Virus record (IMG/VR): IMGVR_UViG_3300042324_002009
Coordinates: 1 to 64,000 of that record
Length of the DNA stretch: 64,000 nucleotides
Source of the DNA: a virus
Reading direction: 5' to 3' (one strand)
Shown: piece after piece, positions 18,095 through 27,700 of the stretch
Layout of the letters: each line of letters starts with the position of its first letter
Numbering within the stretch: position 1 is the stretch's first letter
Program-made: the position numbers and the translations under genes
Notes under the pieces: model-generated
Seen by the model: only the letters and a program-made list of their open reading frames with translations
The model's database searches: none
Told to the model about the DNA's origin: nothing

Positions 18095-19147
18095 TTATAA
18101 AGATGCAAATAAATCGTCTAAATCATCTGCTTTTGGGGCAGCTGCTTTAGCGGTAGGTTTAACTTCAGGTGCTGGAGCAGAGATTTCAAAGTCATCATCT
18201 AAATTAATTGATGAACTTACATTTTTTACTGCTGGAGCTGGAGTGAATTCAATATCTTCTCCAAGTGGTGCTTGTGTTCTAGCCACTGGCGCAGATAATT
18301 TAAAATGTTTTTTCATTCTTTCATCTTTAGTATTTGCAACTAAATTGTCAATGATTTGTTTGTAAGGAATAATTGCTTTAATATAGTCAGCAACTTTTTC
18401 GTATTCAACATCAGTCCATTCCTTTAAGAAATATTGACTCATATCTGGTGAATTCTTTTTAAAGTATTCACTTACAAACTGCATAACCTTAGGTTCAGTA
18501 GAAACTGGAATTTCTTTACCTTGAGTTGAGATAATTAATGGGCTAACTTCATTCATGAATTTACTAGCACTAAAATCTCTCCATGCTTTAGTCTTACGCT
18601 TAATAACCAAAACAAAATCTTTACCAGTAGTAAGTGAGAATGGATTGATTTTTTGAGTAGTAACTAATTCCTGCTCAGGATTAATTTCTTGTTGGATTAG
18701 GTTATCAATTGTATATCCATACGAATATATTTTGATTTTACCTTCCATTGTAGGAAATTGTGGATCCTTCTTGATATAAACGCAAGAATAGTAATTGTAG
18801 TAACGATTAAAATACTTTTGAATCTCTTCAACAATAGTAGGCTCTTCATTTTTTAATCGCTTTAATTCAAGATCAAGCGTCCAAAGAATTGATGATGCTC
18901 CTGTCGTTGATGGACAATCTACATACAACTTTTCGTTGGTTAAAGGGTTTATTAATTTAGCTGCATATTTTTTATAGCGGCTCTTAGTTGGATCGGTTAC
19001 CCAAGGGATAAAACGAATAACTGATTTGTAAATACCGTTTTGACCTTGGTCTGGACCGGGATTGTACATGTTGTCGTCGACTTTGCGACCAGCGGATGAT
19101 GATTTACCTGAGAAATCATCGAGATTAAGATTGAATAGATCTTCCAT
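18095..19147 (-). CDS. gp32: gp32-like single-stranded DNA-binding protein
   Basis: SVIRFIP, NPFSLTTGKDFVL, acidic C-terminus DDLDDLFASL. Confidence 0.88.
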   Translation of the reverse strand: MEDLFNLNLDDFSGKSSSAGRKVDDNMYNPGPDQGQNGIYKSVIRFIPWVTDPTKSRYKKYAAKLINPLTNEKLYVDCPSTTGASSILWTLDLELKRLKNEEPTIVEEIQKYFNRYYNYYSCVYIKKDPQFPTMEGKIKIYSYGYTIDNLIQQEINPEQELVTTQKINPFSLTTGKDFVLVIKRKTKAWRDFSASKFMNEVSPLIISTQGKEIPVSTEPKVMQFVSEYFKKNSPDMSQYFLKEWTDVEYEKVADYIKAIIPYKQIIDNLVANTKDERMKKHFKLSAPVARTQAPLGEDIEFTPAPAVKNVSSSINLDDDFEISAPAPEVKPTAKAAAPKADDLDDLFASL

Positions 19148-19177
19148 ATTGTTTATAATGTTTAATAATTTAATAGA

Positions 19178-19204
19178 ATTGTACTAAAGAAATGTGAAGA
19201 GTTT
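19178..19204 (-). promoter_or_regulatory. putative non-late promoter AAAC-N16-GTACAAT
   Basis: Upstream of gp32, directly after a terminator. Confidence 0.6.
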
Positions 19205-19206
19205 TG

Positions 19207-19239
19207 AAAAAAAAAGGACGAGTTGTAAAACCCGTCCTT
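19207..19239 (-). terminator. intrinsic terminator
   Basis: Minus strand AAGGACGGGTT-TTAC-AACTCGTCC followed by a long U run. Confidence 0.85.
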
Positions 19240-19266
19240 AAATGTGAACTTTTTGTCTAATAAAAA

Positions 19267-19458
19267 TTAGGCTTTAGTATCAACTTTAGATTCTTGAACG
19301 TGAGTTCGGCCTTCTTGACAAAGAGCTTTAATGTCTTGAAGAACTTTACGAGTTCTAGTTCCAGCTGATTTATTTCCTTTTTCGTAGAATTTTCCAGCTT
19401 CTGCTTCTAATTGAGAAACTTGTTCCTTTAGCGATGTTAACCATGTAGGTGTTGTCAT
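19267..19458 (-). CDS. histone H1-like (Hc1 family) small basic protein
   Basis: KFYEKGNKSAGTRTRKVLQDIK...R matches the GNKAAGTRARK signature of Hc1-like proteins of Bacteroidota/Chlamydiota. Confidence 0.8.
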   Translation of the reverse strand: MTTPTWLTSLKEQVSQLEAEAGKFYEKGNKSAGTRTRKVLQDIKALCQEGRTHVQESKVDTKA

Positions 19459-19479
19459 AATTTCAAATATTTTTTGTAT

Positions 19480-19506
19480 CTTATATTTGAGAAATCCACC
19501 CGGTTT
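19480..19506 (-). promoter_or_regulatory. putative non-late promoter AAAC-N16-ATATAAG
   Basis: Upstream of the Hc1-like gene; 16-nt spacer. Confidence 0.5.
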
Positions 19507-19512
19507 TAAATA

Positions 19513-20238
19513 TTAGTGATATTTGTTTGAAAATTTAGCTACTGGGTATACTTTTTTAGCAAAATCTATCCAAGTTTTCATAACCTTGTCAGCTTCAGAT
19601 TGAGAAATTACATTAGTCTCAATGAATGGCTGTAAATATTCTGTAAATTCCTGGTCAAGAGGTATTCGCTTCTTTTTAGCTGATGCATACATACCGGCAA
19701 CCATTGCTGGAATTTCGTCAGATAATAAAAAGTAGTTATAATTATTTTGAGCACGGGTTCTGACTGCTTTTGGGGTATTAACAATATGTCCAGTCTTTTT
19801 ATTTATGCCTTTTTGTAAAAGGTGCTCAAGTTCATGTCGTATATTGTCAATTAACTTATAATTTAATTCCGGATAACATTGAGGCTCTGCCTCTGGGCTA
19901 ATATAGAGAATTATTTCAATTTCAGGTGATTCAGGCTCGTTTTCCTTTGGGATAAATGAATTTGCATCTATTGCAAAACCTTTATTTTCAAAATTAATTA
20001 CCTCCCAAGGAAGTCTACTAAAATATTTAGATTTAGCTGGCTCAAATTCTTTAACTCTAGCTAGTTTAATTGATAGAGTAAATTCAAGTGGATTATCATA
20101 TTCAAATTCTTTAGATATTTCTTTACCAAGCTTGGAACCAGCAGTTTTCTTAATTACACCAAATAAGTCTTTAGCAAAAACTGAGGCAAGTGAATCATAT
20201 TTTGATTCAAATATAAATTGCGAAAACCTTTTTATCAT
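19513..20238 (-). CDS. HExxH-motif protein (possible zinc metallopeptidase) with capsid-targeting-like N-terminus
   Basis: RHELEH plus downstream DEIPA; starts MIKRFSQFIFES. Confidence 0.6.
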   Translation of the reverse strand: MIKRFSQFIFESKYDSLASVFAKDLFGVIKKTAGSKLGKEISKEFEYDNPLEFTLSIKLARVKEFEPAKSKYFSRLPWEVINFENKGFAIDANSFIPKENEPESPEIEIILYISPEAEPQCYPELNYKLIDNIRHELEHLLQKGINKKTGHIVNTPKAVRTRAQNNYNYFLLSDEIPAMVAGMYASAKKKRIPLDQEFTEYLQPFIETNVISQSEADKVMKTWIDFAKKVYPVAKFSNKYH

Positions 20239-20819
20239 TTTTTAGATTTAATAAAATTTACGTCTAATTTATTGGTTGAAGGTGATAATTTAGAATCAAA
20301 CTCTATATCAATATCACCTTTGTCAATACCTAGTTTTTTAGCAGCCATTGCAGATTTTAGTTTATCATAAACTTCTTTATCTAAAAATCCTTTACCCCTA
20401 AGGGCATCAACTATATCAGTTTTCTTTGAATCTAATTGGCTATCGGTGATCCATTTATCTAAATCAGCTTGCTTAAGTTGATATTCTTTATAACGTTTAA
20501 CTCCTCCGCCTCCAGTATAGTTAGAATGCCATTTTTTATCATCATCTACCAATACAATATTAATATCGCCAGTTTGACCAGCGGTTGGAGCTGGTGCATT
20601 TGGGTCTGGTGGTAATTCAGCAGTTGCAAATGGATCAGTTGAAGGTGGCGTCATTGATGTTGTTGGATCCGGTGAACTTACTGGAGCTGGTGCATTTTCA
20701 TCAGGCAATGGAGCAGCCTCAGTCTCAGTAGACGAAGGTGGCTCAACTGGTGGTGGAATAGGAGTAGGTTCATCTGCTTCTAATAATAGCTTAAATTGGT
20801 TAAAGTTTAGGATTTCCAT
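20235..20819 (-). CDS. Pro-rich late protein, possible head-internal protein
   Basis: Starts MEILNFNQFKLLLEAD, Pro/Thr-rich linker; late promoter upstream. Confidence 0.65.
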   Translation of the reverse strand: MEILNFNQFKLLLEADEPTPIPPPVEPPSSTETEAAPLPDENAPAPVSSPDPTTSMTPPSTDPFATAELPPDPNAPAPTAGQTGDINIVLVDDDKKWHSNYTGGGGVKRYKEYQLKQADLDKWITDSQLDSKKTDIVDALRGKGFLDKEVYDKLKSAMAAKKLGIDKGDIDIEFDSKLSPSTNKLDVNFIKSKK

Positions 20820-20839
20820 AAATATAGTAATTGTTATGG

Positions 20840-20848
20840 TTATTTATA
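20840..20848 (-). promoter_or_regulatory. late promoter TATAAATAA
   Basis: Exact T4 late consensus 20 nt upstream of the ATG at 20819. Confidence 0.7.
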
Positions 20849-20849
20849 C

Positions 20850-20878
20850 AAAAAAAGGGAGACAACTGCCTCCCTTTT
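20850..20878 (-). terminator. intrinsic terminator after nrdJ
   Basis: Minus strand AAAAGGGAGGCAGTTGTCTCCCTTTTTTT. Confidence 0.85.
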
Positions 20879-20900
20879 CATATTCAGTAGTTACTGTAGA

Positions 20901-23474
20901 TTAACCGCACTTAGAATCACCGCAGTTCTTACAAGATAGGCAACCTTCTGTATAAACAAGTGCATCTGATCCACAAGATTTACAGGTTTTGCCAGAAACA
21001 GTAGTGCCGTCTTTTACAAACTTTTTAAGCATTCGTTTAACTCCAGCTTTCCAGGTAGTAATTAGGTCACCGTCTAGGTTTAAAGAATCCAATAATTCAA
21101 TAACATATGGTAATGGCATGCCATGTCGTAATACAGCAGAGATAGTTTTTGCCATATCATGATACTTTTCGTCAAATGCATGATTTAAGTTAGGGATTTT
21201 AATTGTTTCTCCAAGTTTATCAACATAGACTACGTCATATGAAGATTTTCCTTCTTTTTTAGTTCTAACAATTTTAACGGTTTCAACATAAGTTGGAATT
21301 GGAAAATTTTCATGTTGACCAGTAAATACCTCATATGGTTTCCCGTTTAGAAGTCCAATAAGTCCAACCCAACGTTCTCCGCTATTCATAAAGGTAGTAA
21401 CTGAACCTTCTAATGATAGTGGTCTTTTTGGAGCCTGTGAATCGCTAAATAATTCCTGTTTTTTCTTATCGTCCTTTGAAACTAATACACCGGATCTAGA
21501 ACCGTCTCGATAAATGGTACAGCCTTTACAGCCTTCTTCCCAAGCAGTCATATAAACTTGATTAACCAATTCTTCAGTAACGTGTTCTGGAAGATTCACG
21601 GTAACCGAAATTGAATGGTCAACCCATTGTTGAATCTTTCCTTGCATTCTAACTTTTTCTACCCAGTCAACATCATTTGCCATTGCTTTATGGTATGGAG
21701 ACTTTTCAGTTAGTAACTGTATGGTGTCATCTGAGAGCTTTTCGATAATGTCTGATTCACCATTTGGAATGTATTTGTATCCTTCAATCTCAATCCATTT
21801 TTTAAAGCCGTGATGAAATACGTGATATTCTTCCCAATGATCCCCAACTGAATCAATAAAGTCAGATTTGGAATTTTTATCATTTGGATTAATTTTCTTT
21901 CGGCGTTTATAAGATACCATAAAGGCAGGCTCAATACCTGAAGTAGTTTGAGACATTAACGAAACTGTACCAGTTGGTGCAATTGTCAATAGCGCAATAT
22001 TACGTCTGCCGTATTTCATAAGATCTGAATATAGTTCAGCATCGTATTCTTTAATTCTTTCTAGGAATGGATGGCCTTCTTCTCTAGCTGCGTCCCATAT
22101 TTTAAATGCTCCACGCTCTTTTGCTAGGGTATTAGATGAACGAAAAACTTCAAGTGCATAAGTTCTAGCAACTTCAACTGCAAAGTCAGTTGCTTTTTTA
22201 GTTCCATAACGTAAACCTAATGCTGCAAGCATATCGCCTTCAGCAGTAATACCGACACCAGTACGGCGGCCTTCCATACATTTGGTTCGAATACGAAGCC
22301 ATAGTTCAAGTTCAGTACGTTTAACGTCAGTAGATTCAGGATCACTGTCAATTTTAGAAATAATTGTATCAATTTTTTCAATTTCAAGATCAATAATATC
22401 ATCCATCATACGTAGTGCAATTTGAGCGTGTTCTTTAAATAAGTCAAAATCAAATTTTGCATTTTTAGTAAATGGATTAACTACATATGAATATAGGTTA
22501 ATTGCTAATAATCTACATGAATCGTCTGGACATAATGGAATTTCTCCACATGGATTAGTTGAAACTGTTTTATATCCTAAATCAGCATAACGGTCAGCAA
22601 ATGATTCTCTAATTATTTGATCCCAATAAAGAATTCCTGGCTCTGCTGATTTCCAAGCATTATGAATAACTTTATTCCACAGAAGTTTTGGATCAATTAC
22701 TTTGGTTACTTTTGGAGAGTCAGAAAAAATTGGATATTGCTGAGTATACGGTTTACCTGCTTTAACCGCTTTCATAAAATCATCGTGCATTTTAAGAGAG
22801 ATATTTGCACCAGTAACTTTAGTACTATCAAGTTTAGCATCAACAAATGCTTCTGCTTCTGGGTGTCTAACTGAGCATGATAACATTAATGCTCCACGAC
22901 GGCCACCTTGAGCAACTTCACGCGTTGAGTTTGAATATCTTTCCATAAATGGAATAATACCAGTAGAAGTTAGGGCTGAATTCTTAACTGGCAAACCTGC
23001 AGGTCGAATATCAGATAAATCATGACCTACACCTCCACGGCGTTTCATTAATTGAACTTGCTCTTGATCTACTTTTAAGATTGCACCATATGAGTCAGAT
23101 GATCCATTAACGCCAATAACAAAACAGTTAGACAATGATACTGTTTGATTATTATTTCCAATACCGCTCATTGGTGAACCTTGTGGAATAATATATTTAA
23201 ACTTGTCTAATAGTGAAAAGATATATTCTTCGCTTAATGGATTTTTATATTTCTTTTCAACTCTTGCTAATTCTGATGCAATTCGACGATGCATCATTTC
23301 TGGATTCTTTTCGTAAAGATTACCGTCTGAATCTTTTAATGCGTATTTGTTAATCCATACACTGGCTGCTAAATCATCTCCATTAAAATACTCTAATGAT
23401 GACGCATTTGCTTCTTCTCGGGTATACGTCATTTTAACCTCGGTTTCTGTTTCTAATACTGAATTGTCTATCAT
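20901..23474 (-). CDS. nrdJ: class II (adenosylcobalamin-dependent) ribonucleotide reductase
   Basis: SLSNC, RRGALM, EPG, TNPCGEI, TIAPTGT, DHSISVTVN, YRDGSR, C-terminal Cys ribbon ending SKCG. Confidence 0.92.
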   Translation of the reverse strand: MIDNSVLETETEVKMTYTREEANASSLEYFNGDDLAASVWINKYALKDSDGNLYEKNPEMMHRRIASELARVEKKYKNPLSEEYIFSLLDKFKYIIPQGSPMSGIGNNNQTVSLSNCFVIGVNGSSDSYGAILKVDQEQVQLMKRRGGVGHDLSDIRPAGLPVKNSALTSTGIIPFMERYSNSTREVAQGGRRGALMLSCSVRHPEAEAFVDAKLDSTKVTGANISLKMHDDFMKAVKAGKPYTQQYPIFSDSPKVTKVIDPKLLWNKVIHNAWKSAEPGILYWDQIIRESFADRYADLGYKTVSTNPCGEIPLCPDDSCRLLAINLYSYVVNPFTKNAKFDFDLFKEHAQIALRMMDDIIDLEIEKIDTIISKIDSDPESTDVKRTELELWLRIRTKCMEGRRTGVGITAEGDMLAALGLRYGTKKATDFAVEVARTYALEVFRSSNTLAKERGAFKIWDAAREEGHPFLERIKEYDAELYSDLMKYGRRNIALLTIAPTGTVSLMSQTTSGIEPAFMVSYKRRKKINPNDKNSKSDFIDSVGDHWEEYHVFHHGFKKWIEIEGYKYIPNGESDIIEKLSDDTIQLLTEKSPYHKAMANDVDWVEKVRMQGKIQQWVDHSISVTVNLPEHVTEELVNQVYMTAWEEGCKGCTIYRDGSRSGVLVSKDDKKKQELFSDSQAPKRPLSLEGSVTTFMNSGERWVGLIGLLNGKPYEVFTGQHENFPIPTYVETVKIVRTKKEGKSSYDVVYVDKLGETIKIPNLNHAFDEKYHDMAKTISAVLRHGMPLPYVIELLDSLNLDGDLITTWKAGVKRMLKKFVKDGTTVSGKTCKSCGSDALVYTEGCLSCKNCGDSKCG

Positions 23475-23505
23475 TTTTATTGTTTATTTTTAAGTTAATC
23501 TATTG

Positions 23506-23547
23506 AAAAAAGACAACTCTACCCCAGCGGTTTACTGAGGTAGGGTT
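23506..23547 (-). terminator. long hairpin plus U-tract between the S1-domain gene and nrdJ
   Basis: Minus strand AACCCTACCTCAG-TAAACCG-CTGGGGTAGAGTT then GTCTTTTTT. Confidence 0.55.
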
Positions 23548-23549
23548 AA

Positions 23550-24737
23550 CTATTGGATAAAATCGTATCTTAATTGTTTACGAATTGCATCAACTTTGTG
23601 AACTTTTATTTGACCTGAGTCTGAAATTTTAGTTCTACCTTTTAGGTGATTTACATCACTCTTAAAAGTATTTTCGCCGTCCGGCATTATGATGGTAATT
23701 GAGAAATCAGATTTGTCTAATGAATAGGTTAAAGTTTGGCCTTCAATTTTGTTTTTAAGATCTTGCCATTGAAGTTGTTCTTGACCAATTTTATCATATG
23801 AATCGGTTAGGATTATACGAGGTTCGCCTTTTTTAATTATAACGTCCTTAACATAAAATTCAATAGTATCTCCAGAACGATATTGTTTACTAACCTCTTC
23901 ATAATTTTCAAATTCAGTTTTATGAAGTAGTCCGGTAAAATAGTTTTGGAATTCAACAAACATTCCAAAGTCATATGGCTTATTGGTTAAAATACCTGTG
24001 TATTTTTCTCCAATATTAAGTTCATGTACTTTTTGAGGTAACGTCTGTTTAATATATTTCTTATATGAAACGATGAATAGATCATTAGTTGAATCGTAAT
24101 TCTCAATCATTACTGGAATTTCTTTATTCAAATATTCATTAAAGTCTCTAATTACGTTAGCGGCAGCATGCGAACCTGGTAAAAAGCATTTAACTGTTCC
24201 TTTATAGAGTGCAAGGTATCCGCCTTTAACAAGGTTAGTAACTTTGACATAGAACCATTTTTCTGTTTTTAAATAGTCTTCTAAATCTTCACGATGAGAA
24301 AGAGCAGCACAACGTTTTTCTGAACCTAAGAAATCGCCATTATCATTTTTGTAAATAATAACTTTAAAACTGTGATTAACTTCATTGTGTACTAATAATG
24401 AAGGTTCGGAGCTAAATTCTCTAAATGGAACAAAGATTGTAGATAAAGATGCATTATCTTGAACTTCAATCATTTTCTCATCAAAGTCAATTTTCTTAGC
24501 AGTAACCGTACAGACCTTACCGAGTTCAAAATCTTTATTTGATGGTACAAATGAGGTTTTTGAATTTGATGAAAAGTACATGTCATACAATTCTTGAGCA
24601 TAGGGCTCTTTACAGAAAATTTTAAGACCAGAACGTTGATCTTCTGGTGTCAATTTAATGGTTCGATTAAATTTAGAATTCCCTTGACTGAATAGTTGTT
24701 CAAAATCAATTAATTCTCGGGTGTTGTCTTTTTGCAT
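23550..24737 (-). CDS. ribosomal protein S1-like protein (2-3 S1 domains)
   Basis: KVTNLVKGGY...CFLPGSH...IVSYK and GEKYTGIL...FGMFVEF...GLLHKTE are S1 repeats; a weaker repeat precedes them. Confidence 0.82.
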   Translation of the reverse strand: MQKDNTRELIDFEQLFSQGNSKFNRTIKLTPEDQRSGLKIFCKEPYAQELYDMYFSSNSKTSFVPSNKDFELGKVCTVTAKKIDFDEKMIEVQDNASLSTIFVPFREFSSEPSLLVHNEVNHSFKVIIYKNDNGDFLGSEKRCAALSHREDLEDYLKTEKWFYVKVTNLVKGGYLALYKGTVKCFLPGSHAAANVIRDFNEYLNKEIPVMIENYDSTNDLFIVSYKKYIKQTLPQKVHELNIGEKYTGILTNKPYDFGMFVEFQNYFTGLLHKTEFENYEEVSKQYRSGDTIEFYVKDVIIKKGEPRIILTDSYDKIGQEQLQWQDLKNKIEGQTLTYSLDKSDFSITIIMPDGENTFKSDVNHLKGRTKISDSGQIKVHKVDAIRKQLRYDFIQ

Positions 24738-24764
24738 ATGTTATTGTTTAAACGTTGCTATTTA

Positions 24765-24791
24765 ATTATACATAAAAAAAGTCAGTAGTTT
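24765..24791 (-). promoter_or_regulatory. putative non-late promoter AAAC-N16-GTATAAT
   Basis: Perfect copy upstream of the S1-like gene. Confidence 0.65.
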
Positions 24792-27700
24792 TATGAAGTA
24801 TGCATTCCTGGGTCAATAAAAATACTAGGTGACCATGCGGTCGGATAGAGTCCTGGCATTTTTGATTGGAACAGTAGAGTACCAGTTGAAGTTATACTTC
24901 CTCTCCATGCAAGTTCATCTAAGAATATTGCAAATAATGGATTTTTATGAGTTAGTCTTTCCCATGGTGGAAGGTCATCTTGATTAAAAAATGGGCTTGA
25001 CGCAATCCTAGCAACTTGAACTCCTGGCTTATTACCAAACGAACATGCAAGTATTGAAACTAAATATGCTAATTCTTTAACTACTGGCTCAGCAAAAGTA
25101 ATAACTGGAATATATGCAGCTTTTAATAAATTAATTGCATCTAAATTTGCTAATTTAAGTTTACTTGAATTTGGTATTTTTAACTGAATTGCCATTATTG
25201 CTAATTTAATTGGAAGAATATATGGATTGGCTGAATCAACTACGGTAAAACTTAAATCTTTTAAACTTTTAGTTAGTGATAAAATTGGGCCAACTATTGT
25301 TTTTAATGGTTCTAAAATTCCATCAATTGCAGTATTTAATAGGCCTTTAATTAATTCAACTAGGTCAGTTGAGGTAAGTAGTGCAAAATAACTAACAATA
25401 TCAAGCGGTAACATTGGAATTTTTGGAAGCTTTATATTAAATCCATTAGGCAATGTTATTGAAACATATTTTGAAGATGTAGTAGTAGAAACTTTTGCAA
25501 ATTCAGAATTTCCACATGGAATCTGTCTAAGAATCTCTTTTAGCGAACTTGAGTTTGGTCCTTGATTGGCAGTTAACATATCACCAGCATCAGATAACAT
25601 CCTAAGTATTAATTCAAGTAAGTATGCAATTGCTAATTTAAGTAACGGTTTAATTACAATATCTAATGGTATTACTATTTGAATTGGAAACGGTACACCT
25701 AACGGATTTGGAGATTGTGGAACAGTTAATGCAGTTAATACTGGTAATATTATTGCTTGTGAAATTGATACAATGTCTGGTTTTTCCGGTAAAATAATTG
25801 GTGGAAGTAATCCAAGCAATGAATTAAATAAGGTGGTCACAGCAGAAATTCCAATTTCTTCAAGAGACTCTCCTAATAAACTTTTTAATACATCAATAGT
25901 TAAGCCGGATAAAAGAGCATCAAGTAGTGCATTAAAAACTCCAAGAGCGGCAAGAACTTGTGGTGAAACTACCTCAAGTGGAGGTTGAGCCGCTGGGCAG
26001 CACGGAGCAGCTGGATCAAATAGTTTTAAATTAGGAGCAGCAACTGAAAGTGTAGTAAATGTCAAGGCTTTTTGAAGACGTTCTTTTCTTAATTTTGCAG
26101 CTTTTTTAATCTTACCTTTCTCAACATCACTTAAGTTTGGATCAATATCTTCATCTGCTGGATTTGCATTTCCTTGTAAATAATCTAATGCTTTATTTGA
26201 ATATTCTTTGATTGCTTTTTTAAATTCTCTAACGTCATCTGCTTTATTTAAGTTAAAAGATTTCTTACTCTTTAATTTAGTTGGATCAACTTGAGAGGCC
26301 ATTCTTTTTATTTTTGCAATAAAATTAGTGGCGTCAATATCTGCACCTAATAAACCCTTTGCGGCTTTTTCAATAGTTGGTTGTAATCCACTAATCGCAG
26401 ATGGTAATTTTGGGTTAAGTTTAGTTGGGCTATCAGGAAAGGAAATTGTTCCTAATTTGATTTTATCAATATATTTATCAAAATCATCCAATACTCCTGA
26501 GATTTTAGAAGATAAGGTAATTGGGTCTAATGACCTTGCCGCTTTTTTAGATTCACGCTTCTTTTTTAAGTCTGATTCACCCTCGGCACCCATTACTTGG
26601 GACTCACGGTCCTTTCTGGTTTTATCCTTTAGTTTAGTAACTGCAGTTAGTTGAATTTCTCCTAATTTATTAAATTGAAGATTCATACTTCTTTTAAAAT
26701 CTGCAATTTGTTTATCAAAATCATTTGACAAATCTAAATCTAGAAAGTTCATCATTTTTTCTAACTCGCCAGCGTATGATGCTATATAAGTAATTGGATC
26801 AACTTCACCAATTGGGGTTCCGTCCCTTGTTGTAATATTAGGATTTTTGCCAAGTGCTAAAGTTGCAGCAAGTGCAGTAAGCCTAACCGCTTTTGATGCA
26901 TTTCCAGAAATAGCTAATGGATTAACTAATGAACCTTTAATTAATTGCCCCTTAAATGGATTAGCTGGGTCAAGGCCTAGTGGATTTTCAGAGGCAGCAG
27001 TTTGATCAATTTCAAATCCATATTTTATCGAAGTAGGCGTCATGTATACTAATGGAATATTGGGAGCAAGTAACATATACTTATTACCGTCTGGTGCAAA
27101 ATATAGGATATAAATGCTAGGTAATGGTATTCCAACTATTGCAATTGGCATTGTTAGGAAAGTAACAAGTGTGCCAACTGGGGTAGATAGTGTAAATAAG
27201 GTTCTCCATTTTTGAGGTATTGGTATTAATGCAATACCTAATGGGGTTGGAATAATATTGTTAATTGGATAATATCTAAATAATGGAGCAGTTAAGTCAG
27301 GAATAGGTAAAAGGCTTACTTTATTTAATGATTTTGTAAATTCTCTCCAATAACAACTATTTGTCATATCTGGTAAACTTGCATCATTTCCGCCTAGCGT
27401 TCTAATGAATAGTGGATCTTGTCCAAGTTTTTTCAGTGTTTCGGCTTCACAGTCTTTAGTTGGAATCGTGATTGCTGATGGCCCCTTAAAACATGCAACA
27501 TCCGCAATTCTTTTTGCTAGAACATCTGGATCCATTGAATTTTCCTTTATCTTTACCTCTAATAATCCAATTTCAGTATTACACTCTTTTATTTTTTCAA
27601 GTATTTCAGAATAGGCTTTAGTATAATAGGCTAATTTTTCTGGTAAAACTGAATCAACTGGACTGTATTTAAAATTTCCATTTGAATAAATGCTGGAAGT

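Noticed and set aside
20901-23474. Inteins or introns in RNR (also checked helicase, UvsX and polymerase)
   Set aside because: Lengths are normal and no splice-junction or homing-endonuclease motifs were seen
23475-23549. Cobalamin riboswitch upstream of nrdJ
   Set aside because: Only 75 nt, a single hairpin, no B12-box recognised
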